From the NCBI RefSeq assembly GCF_009914755.1, contig NC_060941.1: 64,000 nt of DNA; one strand, 5' to 3'. The notes under the pieces were generated by a model. That model saw nothing but the letters and a program-made list of their open reading frames with translations, ran no database searches and was not told where the DNA came from. This DNA is from the human T2T-CHM13v2.0 reference genome, Homo sapiens. Made by a program: the position numbers and the translations under genes. This document shows positions 1 to 41,541 of this stretch, one piece after another; the first letter of the stretch is position 1; every line of letters begins with the position of its first letter.

Positions 1-353
1 AAAAAGAATGTAGGGGACTGACATTGTGTCAATTCCACGGCTACACCTTAAGAGACCTTGGTCTCTTGGAACCCTGCCAATAGCCACGGACTCAGTCCAG
101 GCAGCCCTGCTGGAGGATGGGAGACCACAGGAAGTAGAGATAAACTGTGTCAGCTGAGGGCCATCCAAGATCAACCAGCCCCTGCCAATCAGCATCTGAC
201 CTCATCCATGAGTGAAACTGGCCAAGACTTGGAGAACTGCCCAGCTGAGCCCAACCCCAGCTGCTGACCTGTGTAATTATAAGATGGCTAAGTGATTGTT
301 ATTTTAAGCCACTAAGGATTGGCATGGTTTACTTTGCAGCAAAGCTAACTGAT
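1..353 (+). mobile_element. MLT1-type (ERVL-MaLR) solo LTR remnant
   Basis: The 3' end ttgttattttaagccactaaggattggcatggtttactttgcagcaaagctaactgata resembles the MLT1 terminus. Subfamily not assigned. Confidence 0.7.
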
Positions 354-360
354 AGAGTAA

Positions 361-7380
<7,020 letters not shown>

Positions 7381-7456
7381 ATTTAGTTCTTTTGTGAAAA
7401 ATATTCAAAGATTACTTTTTTGCAAAAGATCACCAAGCCAAACATTTGGCCATATT

Positions 7457-7462
7457 TTTATT
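7457..7462 (-). terminator. CRK: CRK polyadenylation signal (distal AATAAA; a second one lies at 7574-7579)
   Basis: tttatt on the + strand, followed on the minus strand by GU/U-rich sequence (TGTTTGGCTTGGTGATCTTTT). Confidence 0.75.
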
Positions 7463-8850
7463 TACTACATATACTATAAACATATACAATACATGCTACC
7501 AAAAAAAATTTTTTTTTAAATTTAACTGTCAAGAAAGTGTATAGTGTTATAATACAATGGCACATGTTTATATTTTATTTCAAATTGGTTTGCTTATCAC
7601 CTATTTCAAACCATTAACAGTGAAATGTTACTTGTGGATAATTAAAAATTATCTATTTGCATTATTAACAATAAACAATTCCAACAAATTAATAAGAATT
7701 AACCATGTCAAATATTAGTATTCAAAAAATGGGATTTGCAGAAATGATTATATAAAATATAGCAGCCAATTTCAGTTTACTTTGCCAATAGGATTTCAGC
7801 ATTTGCTTTTTTTTGGAAGACACTTATAAGACATCCTTTGATTTCTTGAGGGGCATTAACTGCCACACTCAACAGTCAAATCCAGCCCAGTGGTTCATGA
7901 ACGGCCCTGGATCACTGATCACTGAGGAATCCTTAGGACTTGAGTAGCGCTGCCTGTTCCACTGATATTACATATGATGAAAAGAGACATTACAAGCCAA
8001 TATCAAAGTCAAAGGAAAAGAAAATAGGAACATTCAAATCAGTTGTGACAAGGTTTTTCTACAAGTATTTTTGATGCCATACTTTCAGGAAAACAAGATT
8101 TAATGTGTGTGTGGACTTTACAGTATCTACGTTCTAACTGAAAATTTAACAAAGCAGTCAGATGGAATTACATGTAGTATTACAAATGTGTTCATTCAAC
8201 ACTAATGAGCACCCACTCTGTGCATAGCACTGGGCTACCATTTTACAAGTTGAGTTTAACGTCTTTATCAAGCATGACCTTAGTGTGAGGTAAAATACAT
8301 TAAATTAGCGTCAACGCGTTAGTCTGCTTGCGGCCATGTACGGAATCCTGGGCCAGCTGGCTTCCCTGTGCCACGTCACCGGTTTCTCAGGTCTCCTCAT
8401 TCACTCAGACAAATACGTGCACACTGACTGTGTGTCAGACAGTGTGCCGGTCACTCGGACACCACAATCTGGTATAGGTTCAAAGAATGTAAATTTATCA
8501 TTTTAACCTATGCAGAACAATTAGAAAGGCAGATTATTTTTCCAAAATGAGGTCCAAAGCAAACTATAAGGTGTTTCTATTGGTCATACCACACCAGAGA
8601 CCGGTAAGTGCCTTTATAGACTGAGAACTAACGTGGAAGTTTCATGCTGTCGTCTAAATAGCCTAGGTCATTTTTGGTCTCATAGGTCTATTTTGTGGAG
8701 CACCTGACCCCATATAAATCATTCCATACTTAAATGGGTTTGTAAACTAAACCTGAACATAAACAAAGAGCCAAAAATGAAGGCAGTTTACAATGTAATG
8801 TTCTTCAACAGCATTACTCTCCCCATGAGAAATGAATAATACATAAGTAA

Positions 8851-9200
<350 letters not shown>

Positions 9201-9535
9201 CAAAGCACTAACCCTACCCCAAATTCATGTAATACTAACTTGACTTTTATACAAGTTGCACAGAATGCAGAGGGCAGAATTTGACCCCAAAACCTTCCAC
9301 AGAATATCAGAGGTGATTGGTCCTTCCACTCTTGAGTAGAACCTAAGAATTCCAAGAGTCTCCTAATAGGATACTGGCCCTCTGGAGAAATGGCCCTGCT
9401 GGATCCCATTAGTTAGGACTCTAGTTAGCTGCTGTAGAAGGGTGACCTACTACGACCCTTTTGGGGAAGGCAGAGAGCTGGGAGACTGGCTGTCCACTTA
9501 GTGAATCCAACACTGGCTTAAAGCTATGCACTGAA

Positions 9536-9543
9536 TAAAGTGC
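9536..9543 (-). promoter_or_regulatory. miR-17/20/106 family 8mer site in the CRK 3' UTR
   Basis: GCACUUUA in the mRNA (taaagtgc on +). Function is inferred from the seed match only. Confidence 0.55.
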
Positions 9544-10051
9544 TCGGTACATCCTGCTTTTCACCTGGAATGAAAATACACACTTATCTTAGGAATTCAC
9601 CTACTTACAGGTTTGGGGGACAAGAATGTCAAGGGCTAAAAGAATCCCAAGAAAAAGTATGAAGCATTGACTAGGAGGGAACAAATGCTTCTAGTAGTGT
9701 TCTTAGAATTCTTAGGATCTGAAATGTCAGAATGAGTCACACGCTGGTCATGCTCCATACAATGAAAGCAATCCTGCTTGATACTATTCACACGGTGCAT
9801 GATTACTTCACGGGGGTGGAACGGAACAGTCTGTCGCCATTTGATAGTATGGTTCCAGAATGAAAACAAAACCACTGAATAAATCAGGGTAAGCAGTGTG
9901 TAACACTCCTTCCTGTCCATCGGTTTTCCACAGGGTGATTTGCACTGCCTGAGAGAAAGGAGGCAAGATACCTATCCCTTCTGATACACACAGGCACGAC
10001 CACTACCGCCTCCAATTGCCAATTCAGAAGCTAACACACAAGCCCTCCAGT

Positions 10052-10058
10052 TCGTACC
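10052..10058 (-). promoter_or_regulatory. miR-126-3p 7mer-A1 site in the CRK 3' UTR
   Basis: GGUACGA in the mRNA (tcgtacc on +) matches the miR-126-3p seed CGUACC plus A1. CRK is an established miR-126 target. Confidence 0.75.
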
Positions 10059-10235
10059 CTGAATATGGTAATTAAGACTAGGAATGGAGCAGTTCAGTCT
10101 AAAAAATATCACAGGTAACAGAATGCTTATATAAACTAGACTGCTTTTGACATCTGTAAGAAAATTGTATAGATGGCAGTTGGAAAAAAAAAAAAAAGAT
10201 TGTTCCCATCTGTCAGCAAAACTGTTGAACTATAC

Positions 10236-10400
<165 letters not shown>

Positions 10401-10706
10401 TTATTTCCAGGTAGGAATGCAAGCTGAACAACTCCATTCTCTGGTTAGGCACACCCTGCCCATGTGACTGCTCTAGGGATATTACAGAAATGGCCATTTG
10501 CTGCCTCCCCAGCCCCAGCCACCAGACTGATTACTTGTGGTTAATGCAGGCAGAAGGAAAAGTGTTTTTAGCAGTGTGGAAAAACAGAGAATACAGAAAG
10601 TAAAAGGGATTCCAGATAATGATACTTTTTGATTAAAAAAGGAAAGTGATAATTATTGGAAATCTCAGCTGTCTCTGCATGAGCAATCCCAACTTCAGTG
10701 AGTTAG

Positions 10707-11068
<362 letters not shown>

Positions 11069-11522
11069 TGAGCCACTGTGCCTGGCCGCCTTCTCCCCGC
11101 TTTAGCATATGGCAGCAGCACAATCCCCCAGCCCACTCGCACAAGACCTGGCCTGTTACTGCTTGCACAGCAGAAAGCGATCATGGCAAGCATAGGTCAC
11201 TTGGTCCTAGAGAATCAAGTGTTCCTATCACCTCCTGACCCAGGCAAGCCTTTTCCCATATGGGCAGGTAGAGGCCAAAACTCCAGGTCCAATTAGCTCC
11301 CAGAAAACCCCCACCTCATTCAGTAAGCTCTACTTCACAAGCCACTGCCTGCCCAGCCCCCAAATCCCACCATCGGACAGACCTTGCTGCTCCCTCAAAG
11401 CCGCTTGTTACCTGATCATTACCCAATGAGGGGTCAAAAAAACCAACCATGGCCGGGCGCAGTGGCTGACGCCTGCAATCCCAGCACTTGGTGAGCCTGA
11501 CACAGGTGGATGGATTGCTTCA

Positions 11523-11735
<213 letters not shown>

Positions 11736-11800
11736 CTAAAAACAAAAAAAAACCTTATGTTTTGGCATTTATTTATAAAATGTCTCTTGTTGCAAAATGA

Positions 11801-12020
<220 letters not shown>

Positions 12021-12930
12021 TAGCCAAGATGGTCTCGATCTCCTGACCTCGTGATCCGCCCGCCTCGGCCTCCCAAAGTGCTATGATTACAGGTGTGAGC
12101 CACCACGCCTGGCCATCTTTTTATCTTTTGTTTTTGAGACAGGGTCTCACTCTGTCACTCAGGCTGGAGAGCACTGACACCATCATGGCTCACTGCAGCC
12201 TGTAACTCTTGGGCTCATGGGATCCTCCAACCTTAGCCTCCCGAGTAGCTGAGACTACAGGTGCACGCCACCATGCCCAGCTAATTACAGGCATGAGCCT
12301 CCACACCATTTATGCATTTCATACAGTATCAGGAACTTTCAAATTATGCATCTGGGCTTGTACTGGGTTCCCTAAAAATGTACGCAGGCACATCTACTGG
12401 CCAAAGCCAACGTAAGTCCAGCCGCAGGGCCTCTTCCAGGCCCAGCCTGACCTCACTTACAGATGGAACAGCTTGCCTATTGGCCCCTCTGTTGTTTCCT
12501 GAAGAACTCTCTAAAAATTACAGAGGCCTGAAGTCACTGTATGGGTCATAGGATGCTGAGAAAAGGAGGGACAGAAAGAAGGGGATAGAGAGACACATAA
12601 GACACAGAGGTTGAGAAAAAAATAGCAGCAGGCTTGGTGCAGTGGCTCATGCCTGTAATCCCAGCACTTTGGGAAACTGAGGTGGGGGGATGGCTTGAGC
12701 CCATGATTTTGAGAGCAGCCCTGGCAAAAGAGTGAGATCTTGTCTCTACAAAAAAATTTAAAAAGCCAAGTGTGGCCAAGCGTGGCCAAGCGTGCTGGTG
12801 TGCGCCTGTGGTCCCAGTTACTTGGGAGGCTGAGGTAGGAGGTCACCTGAGCCTCCTGGGAGGTCAAGGCTGCCCCCTAGCCTGGGCAACAAGACCCTGT
12901 CTGCAAAAAAAGAGAAAACCAAGCAGCTAA

Positions 12931-13063
12931 CCCAGCCTGTGTCGTGACAATGCCGGCTGAGCACACGTGTGGAGGAAGGAGAGGAAGGGATGATGGCCCA
13001 GCCTGTGTCGTGACGATGCCAGCTGAGCACAAGTGTGGAGGAAGGGGAGGAAGGGATGATGGC
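12931..13063. repeat. 66-bp tandem duplication (2 copies) in CRK intron 2
   Basis: cccagcctgtgtcgtgac(a/g)atgcc(g/a)gctgagcaca...gaggaagggatgatggc starts at 12931 and again at 12997. Confidence 0.93.
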
Positions 13064-13648
13064 ATGCCTATCCTTACACACAGGTAACAATCCTCACAGG
13101 TTGCTGTCACCAGGACTCTCACCACACCTGGCCTGCCAGCAATTTTAGAATTCAACGTTTCTCACATCTGGGCAGGGTGCTGTGGGGCTCACGTCTTTAA
13201 TCCCAGCACTTTGGGAGGCGAGGTAGGAGGATCACTTGAGCTCAGGAGTTCAAGACCAGCCTGGGCACCATAGTGAAACCTCATTTCTACAAAAAATAAA
13301 AAAATTGGCTGGGCGTGGTGGCGCACGCCTATAATCTCAGCACTTTGGGAGGTCGAGGTGAGTGAATCACGACGTCAGGAGTTCAAGACCAGCCTGGCCA
13401 AATTGGTGAAACCCCGTCTCTACTAAAATACAAAAATTAGCCAGGTGTGGTGGCAGGCGCCTGTAATCCCAGCTACTTGCGAGGCTGAGGCAGTGAACTG
13501 CTTGAACCTGGGAAGAGGAGGTTGCAGTGAGCCGAGACTGTGCCACTGCACTCCAGCCTGGCCAACAGAGTTACACTGTCTCAAAAAATAAAATAAATAA
13601 ATAAATTAGCCAGGCATAGTAGTGTGCGCCTGTGGTCCCAGCTACTCA

Positions 13649-13864
<216 letters not shown>

Positions 13865-14128
13865 TTAGTAAGGTATCATCGTATGCACCTGTAGTTCCAG
13901 TTACTCAGGAGGCTGAGGCAGGAGGATCACTTGAGCCTGGGAGTTTGAGCTGTAGCAAGCCAAGTGCACCACTGCACCCCACCCTGGTGGAGAGACCAAG
14001 ATTCTGTCTCCAAAAAAAAAAAAAAAAGAATCTTGGCCGGGCGCGGTGGCTCACGCCTGTAATCCCAGCACTTTGGGAGGCTGAGGGCGGCAGATCATGA
14101 GGTCAGGAGATCCAGACCATCCTGGCTA

Positions 14129-14536
<408 letters not shown>

Positions 14537-14737
14537 TAGTAGAGACGGGGTCTCACCATGCTGGGCAGGCTTGTCTCGAACTCCTGACCTCATGACCCGC
14601 CCACCTCGGCTTCCCAAAGTGCTGGAATTACAGGCATCAGCCACCGCGCCCAGCCTATATTGTCTTTATTCTTAAGCATTCATACTGCAGTCTCAAATCA
14701 CATCCCACAAAGCTCTAAGAGGTGAAGGGTAGGTTGA

Positions 14738-15076
<339 letters not shown>

Positions 15077-15223
15077 TGATCTGCCTACCTCGGCCTCCCA
15101 ATGTGCTGGGATTACAGGTGTGAGCCACCGTGCCAGCCCTTCTTTCAGACTTCTAAGGGATAAATGAGTAGGGATTTCTATGAGGCAAGATGTTATTGGG
15201 GAAAGGAACTATGTGTAAATTAG

Positions 15224-15370
<147 letters not shown>

Positions 15371-15559
15371 TGAGTAGCTGGGACTACAGGCATGTGCCAC
15401 CACGCCCTGCTAATTTTTGTATTTATAGTAGAGATGGGGTTTCACCATATTGGCCAGGCTGGTCTTGAACTCCTGACCTCGTGATCTGCTCACCTCAGCC
15501 TCCCAAAGTGCTGGGATTACAGGCGTGAGCCACCACGCCCGGCTCAGAACTATCTTTAA

Positions 15560-15979
<420 letters not shown>

Positions 15980-16745
15980 TGAGGGGAGAGGAACCCTTGA
16001 GTCCAGGGTTTTTTTTTCTTTTTGAGACACTGTATTGATCTCTCACCCAGGCTGGAGTGCAGTGGCACAATCTTGTCTCATTGCAAACTCCGCCTCCTGG
16101 AGTCTTGTGCCTTAGGCTCCCAAGGACCTGGGATTATAGGCGCCCGCCACCATGCTCAGTTAATTTTTGTATTTTTAGTGGAGACCAGGTTTCACCACAT
16201 TGGACAGTCTGGTATGCAACTCCTGACTTCAAGTGATTTGCCCAACTCGGCCTCCCAAAGTGCTGGGATTATAGGCATGGGCCACCTTGCCCAGCTGAGC
16301 CCAGGAGTTTGAGGCCTTCCTCAGCAGCACAGTGAAACTCTGTCTCTCTTAAAAAAAAAAAAAAGAGGCCAGACGCAGTGGCTCACACCTATAATCCCAG
16401 TGCTTTGTGAGGCCCGAGCAGGAGGAAGATTGCCTGAAGCCAGGAGTTCAAGATCAGTCTAGGTTACAAAGCAAGACTCCATTTCTACAAAATTAAAAGT
16501 ACAACATTAGCCAGGTACAGTGGAATGTGCCTGTAGTCCCAGCTACTTGGGAGGCTGAGGTAGGGGGATCACAAGCCCAGGAGTTTGGGGCTGCAGTGAG
16601 CTACAACTGGGCACCCTTGCTTGGGGAACAGAGCAAAGCCTGATCTCAAAAAAAAAAAAGAGAAAAACAACCAAAAACACGAATCTTTTCTTTACAGATG
16701 ATTAGGTTTTTGGCAGACAGGTTCAAATATACGGAGATGAGATAA

Positions 16746-16948
<203 letters not shown>

Positions 16949-17086
16949 TAGAAATGGAGTTTCAAAATGTTAGTCAGGCTGGTCTCGAATTCCTGACCTC
17001 AGGTGAAGAGTTCACCCACCTCGACCTCCCAAAGTGCTGGGATTACAGGCGTGAACCACTGTACCTGGGCTCATTCTGATTATTAG

Positions 17087-17293
<207 letters not shown>

Positions 17294-19312
17294 TAGCCAG
17301 GATGGTCTCCATTTCCTGACCTCGTGATCCGCCCGCCTTGGCCTCCCAAAGTGCTGGGATTACAGGCGTGAGCCACCACACCCAGCCTGATTCTGATTTT
17401 TAAACGGATAAAGAAAATTTGTAAGCAATCAATTGGGCTAATTAACCTGACCAACGTGGCTTTGAAGTAAAAATACCTCAAGGAAGACCTTGTTAAAATT
17501 AACCCTATGGCCGGGCGCTGTGGCTCATGCCTGTAATCCCAGCACTTTGGGAGGCCGAGGTGGGTGGATCACGAGGTCAGCAGATCGAGACCATCCTGGC
17601 TAACATGGTGAAACCCCGTCTCTACTAAAAATACAAAAAAATTAACCGGGCGTGGTAGCAGGCGCCTGTAGTCCCAGCTGCTAGGGAGGCTGAGGCAGGA
17701 GAATAGCGTGAACCCTGGAGGCGGAGCTCGCAGTGAGCCGAGATCACGCACTGCACTCCAGCCTGGGCGACAGAGTGAGACTCCGTCTCAAAACAAACAA
17801 ACAAACAAACAAACAAATTAACCCTTTGTGCTTTTTGGGGCCTTTCTCCTGAAACGTTTAGAGCACATGAAAATGCTCCTGAGGTCCCAAAGGCACTATG
17901 ATGATATTTAGAGACCAGGTCTTCCTGTGGTGCCACATGTGGCCTTAGGTCTTTAACAGTCTGGAGGAAGGAGTGGCTGCTGACTCTGGCTGGAGGAGGG
18001 CAGAGGAAGAAGGCCGGAGGGGGTGGGGCATTCTAAGAACATTTTGCTCCAGTAAATGCAGTTCTTCCTCCAATTCAGAAACAAAGTCAGAACTGTGCTT
18101 CCACCTGTTAATTCACTAAAGCATAATTCCCAAAGATCAGATCAGGGAAGGTGAGGGGTATCATACCGGGGCGGTGGCTCACGCCTGTAATCTCAGCACT
18201 TTGGGAGGCAGAGGGGAGTGGGTCACGAGGTCAGGAGATCGAGACCATCCTGGCTAACACAGTGAAACCCCATCTCTACTAAAAATACAAAAGAAAAAAA
18301 AAAGAAACTTGGTGTACTAGTTTTTTTTGAGGCAGAGTCTCACTCTGTCGCCTAGCCTGGACTGCAGTAGCGCAATCATAGCTCACTCCAGCCTTGACCT
18401 CCCAGGCTGAAGCCATCCTCCCATCTCAGTCACTAGAGTATCTGGGACTACAGGCATGTGCACCACACTTGGCTAATTCTTGTAATGATGGGTTTCACCA
18501 TGTTGACCAGACTAGGGTGTACTACTTCAAATACAAAGGTGAAACCGAGTGCTTGCCCCAGAACTGTTACAATCTGACAATACAAAGGAATGTACTAATC
18601 AGTGAATGTAGTAATAACAGTAGTTCTAACACTACTGATTTCAAAATTCAAGTTATAAATAGGAAAGAAAAATCCTAATATGAATTACCAATGAACAACA
18701 AAGACTTCATACAGGACTTGAAGTACTACAAGGTAGTTAACCTTTCTTTCCAAGAGGGAGACCTCACTACAGCAAAGAGACTGATGAGTCTCACCACAGA
18801 GGAACTGTTTTACTGTCCAGGCTGGTCCTCAGCCTCCTCATCCTGTAACACATTCTTAGGAGCTTCTTACAGCTCTGTGGGATGGGATTTGAGACTGCAC
18901 TCTGAATGTTTAAGAATAAAGACAACATAGGCCAGGCGGGGTGGCTCATGCCTATAATCCCAGCACTTTGGGAGGCTGAGGCAGGCGGATCGCTTGAGGC
19001 CAGGAGTTTGAGACTAGCCTGGCCAATGTGGCGAAATCCCATCTCTACTAAAAATAAAAAAATTAGCCAGGCGTGGTGGTGGATGCCTGTAATCCCAGCT
19101 ACCCGGGAGGTTGAGGCACGAGAATCACTTGAACCCAGGAGGCAGAGTGAGATCACGCCACTGTACTCCAGCCTGGGTGACAGAGTGAGACCTTGTCTTA
19201 AAAAAAAAAAAAAAAAAAGGCCAGGCGCGGTGGCTCACGCCTGTAATCCCAGCACTTTGGGAGGCGAAGGCAGGTGGATCACGAGGTCAGGAGGTCGAGA
19301 CCATCCTGGCTA

Positions 19313-19660
<348 letters not shown>

Positions 19661-20722
19661 TCATCTTCACTTTTTTAGGAAGCAAGTCCCGGCTGTATCA
19701 TGGAGTCATTCATAAAGAAGACTGAATGTGGTTACTACAGTTTCTTTGCTCCCAAGGAACGTAACAAACACTGGCTATTCCCTAGCTCTGTGTCGTTTTC
19801 AAGGCTAATCGATCCTGGTGCAATCAGATCTAGAATTGGTACAGGAACAAAAGATTACCCAGCTGATCAATGCGTTCCAGAGATAATGAGAACAAAATCA
19901 GAACCCAAATGGTATCAATGTTTGGAATTCACTACACAGGGGACATCACAGAACTGGTTTTCTTTGCTGGCGCAAACCCAGGTGACTGCTTTTCTAGGTC
20001 CCTACTACCAACCAGCAGCACATCACTGACTGCTAACATGCCTTGATCCAGACTTGCTTTCAGTGAGCTCAGGGCAGGAAGCACACACAAATTCATACAC
20101 ACAAAACCAGGGAAGAGCAAGTACAGAGAGGCAGCACAGGAGCCTTCTCTTCCAACCTCCTAGGCTCAAGCAGTTTTCCTACCTCAGCCTCCCAAGCAGC
20201 TGAGACCACAGGTGCACACCACCACGCCTGGCTTTTTTTTTTTTTTTTTTTTTTTTTTGAGATGGAGTTTCACTCTTGTTGCCCAGGCTGAAGTGCTATG
20301 GCACGATCTCAGCTCACTGAAATCTCTGCCTCCCGGGTTCAAGTGATTCTCCTGTCTTAGCCTCCCGAGTAGCTGGAATTACAGGCGCCCACCACCACGC
20401 CTGGCTAATTTTTGTATTTTTAGTACAGACAGGGTTTCATCATATCGGTCAGGCTGGTCTCAAACTCCTGATCTCAGGTGATCTGCCTGCCTCAGCCTTC
20501 CAAAGTGCTGAGATTACAGGCGTGAGCCACCGCACCCAGCATGTATGGTTTTTTTTTTTTTTTTTTTTTTAGATCACCTGGCTAATTTTTAAAAACATTT
20601 TTTGTAGAGACCGGATCTCACCATGTTGCCCAGGCTGGTTTCAAACACCTGGACTCAAGCGATCCTCCCACCTCAGCCTCCGAAAGTGCTGGGATTACAG
20701 GCGTAAGTCACAGCACCTGGCC

Positions 20723-20876
20723 AAACATCAGCCTGTTGTTTTTGCAGCTTTATTGGAACACAGCAAGCTCATCTGTTGTTTTATCTATGATTTCCTTCTT
20801 GCTACAATGGCAGAGTTGGGACACAGAATTTAAGGCCCTCAAAAACCTTTACAGAAAAGGTTTGCAGACCCCTGAT
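20723..20876 (+). mobile_element. MER58-like hAT DNA transposon remnant
   Basis: ttttgcagctttattggaacacagc...cctttacagaaaaggtttgcagacccctg resembles the MER58A body and end. Confidence 0.65.
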
Positions 20877-21399
20877 CTAAGTAACAGGTAGTGTATCTAG
20901 GGCCCATCGACAGTCTTTCAAATTGATGGAAACAAATGAGGACAATTCAGCCTTAACAATTCACCTGCATCAGAGATGGACTGAAACTGGCATGGGTAGT
21001 ATTGGTGGAAAGCTGCCAGTGTTTGAGATTTAACAGTCCACATGAACAGAAAAAACATCCCACAGAATCCTGGGAGATAGGCCTTACCCTGGTTCTGGTG
21101 TGAGTCACAAAGATCTCTAGCTCAACTGATAATGCCTGAAGCTAAGCTCCCCATACCCTTGATGAGCGGTGACCACACATAGTACATATGTTTTAGCTCA
21201 ACATAAAGACATTTCTAGAAATTGGCCAGGCACGACAGCTCACACCTGTAATCCCAGCACTTTGGGAGGCTGAGGCGGGTGGATCACCTGAGGTCAGGAG
21301 TTTGAGACCAGCCTGGCCAACAAGGTGAAACCCTGTCTCTACTAAAAATACAAAAATTAGCCAGGCACAATGGGGTATGCCTGTAATCCCAACTACTCA

Positions 21400-21555
<156 letters not shown>

Positions 21556-23240
21556 TCAAAAAGGAAAACTTACTAAAATCATAAAACTAGTTTTCTACTC
21601 AAATCTTTATTTAATGAGATTTGTGTTTCACAGCAGGTAGAGAAGCTCAACCATTTTTTTGAGCAGTAAAGCCTCTAATTAAGGCAGGCATGATTAAATC
21701 TCTGAGAAAGGAAATGCAAATAGAAGCAAAATTCACATGATAACTGGTTTCTCCTGGGTCAGCTGGCTTGTTCCATGGCTTTTTTTCTTTTTCTTTTTTT
21801 GAGACAGAGTCTCACCCTGTCGCCCAGGCTGGAGTGCAGTGTCATGATCTCAGCTCACTTCAGCCATGACCTTTCAGGCTCAGGTGATCCTCCCTCCTCA
21901 GCCTCCCAAGTAGCTGGGACCACAGGCACGTGCCACCATGCCCAGCTAATTTTTTGTAGAGATGGTGTTTTGCCATGTTGCCTAGGCCGGTCTCCAACTC
22001 CTGAGCTCAAGTGATCTGCCCACCTCGGCCTCCCAAGGTGCTGGGATTACAGGTATGAGCCACACGCCCAGCCTTTGTTCCATGTTTTCATACTTACTTC
22101 AACCCAGTGCTAATAAAGTCTGTAATAAATGTCAAGAGTTACATCTAGTGACTCAGTAAGGCCAGATAAAAATAAAAAAAAGCAGAGAGGAAAAAAAAAA
22201 AAGAAAATAAAAAGGAGTAAGATCCATCATACACACAGCACCATGCCAGATGTTACCGTCATCTGAACTCACAGGAAGACCTGAGGGTAGAAATCTATTT
22301 TCCTCCAAACAGGGAATGGGAACAAGAGGCAGTGATAACTCTGACAACATACATTCCATTTCTCATTCAAGCCAGGACTGCAGGTGCATGCCACCACGCC
22401 TGGTGATTTTTTTTTTTCACTTTTTGTTAAAAAAAGCTGAGGTCTATGTTTCCCAGACTGGTCTTGAACACCTGGTCTCAAGTGGTCTTCCTGCCTTAGC
22501 CTCCCAGAGCACTAGGATTACAAGTGTGAGCCACTGTGCCCAGTCTGTACTAGCTTTTACACTGAACCATCAATTCTTCTGAAAAGAAAGGAAGGGAGAG
22601 AGGGAGGAAGGAAGAAGAAAGGAAGGAGGTAGGAGAGCAAGGTGTGAGCGTGGAAGAGAGGAATAAAGGAATTAACACCATGTAATGGCTGGCCAGAAGG
22701 AAGTGGGCTGCCAAAGATATTTCATCAGTAAAGGCAAAAATTAATTCCTGAGGAAGAACTGGCTTTTTGAATGATTTAGAAAGACCCGTGCACCTGCCAC
22801 TCCTCGGAATGAGGACTTCTGGGTGTGCATCTCTTCAAACCTCTACTAGGCCTATTTCCTCCCGGATTCTACTCAATGAACATTAGTGGTAAGGAACTTC
22901 AAGTCCCCTGAAGCAAAAACAAGTTTTTGCGGGAAAATTCCATTTAAGTGCTTTGATAGAGACCACTTATTACACTCAAATCCATCTGAACCCACCTTCT
23001 TTTAGACAACGACAAACAGAAAGCAAGAAACAGATGAGGATGTAGATGAGGAAAAACATTTGAGGTTAATTCCTGTGAATTCAGGTGGTGTTATTAAAGT
23101 AGTCCAAGTGTGTTTAGTAGATCAATTAAGAACATTCAGTTATACAGTTTTAAGCTTACTCATTCCCAAACAGGTTTTCTATGAAGAAGAGAAAACCCAA
23201 CATTCAATGCCAACATCAGTGCTTAGCGGCTTGCCATCTA

Positions 23241-23900
<660 letters not shown>

Positions 23901-23939
23901 TTATTTAATGATGTACTACACTGGAAATGAAATGCAGAT

Positions 23940-31891
<7,952 letters not shown>

Positions 31892-32649
31892 CTATTGGAG
31901 AGAGGTAATAAGACACAATGTTAACTTTGGAAGCCAATGAAAAGTCCTTCCGGTAGAAAGAGTACTGATGAGTGCCTTCTCTTTCCATCCAAATGAATGA
32001 TGAGACCATCTGAAGGAGAGCCGTACATTTTTCATATTACCCAAAGTCCACCTGTGGAATTCACAGCTGTCAGCTTAAAACAGTGAACAGCCCAGACTCA
32101 GGAATACTGGCTGTCTCTCCAATTTAAGACACTGAAAGGGGTGCGAGTGCCAGGACTGTCCTCTATGGCAAACACTCCTCATGCACCAATAGAAGATGAT
32201 CGCAAAAGTTCCGAGGGCAGGACTGGAGAGGGGATTTTGGTTATGACTGTAGCAGAGCACGGAGGTGCTATATTCTGGAGATTCTCTTTATTGAGGAGGA
32301 TCACTGATGGAGAATAATTCCTATTCAAGTCTGGTAGTCAAGGAGATTCATGGCTACCTTGCCTATCACCATTAGGCTAATTCTGGGTGATCTTTCAGGC
32401 CTATGGAGAAACTGTTTAGGACAGGGTCAGTGTGAGCGCATAGGGACCTACTTAGCACTGCCTGGTCAAGAAAACTCTAGGGCAGAGTGGTAAGGAGGCC
32501 ACCTGGGCACCCATGGCTTAGAAATGGTTCTGATCACAGCTGGGTGGAGAAAAGCTCCCTTGCTAAGGTTTACCCAACTACATGCCAAGGTGTTCTATTA
32601 GTTGTCCTTTTGGGACAGTGGTTGGCAGGTCAGTGCTCAGTTAAGTGTT

Positions 32650-41541
<8,892 letters not shown>

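Noticed and set aside
18777-18905. GAGAC-TGATGA-GTCTC hairpin with a downstream CTGA (C/D snoRNA- or hammerhead-like), and a possible 48-nt minus-strand cassette exon at 18796-18843
   Set aside because: The box motifs are antisense to the host gene and have no terminal stem or complete ribozyme core. The exon candidate lacks a polypyrimidine tract.
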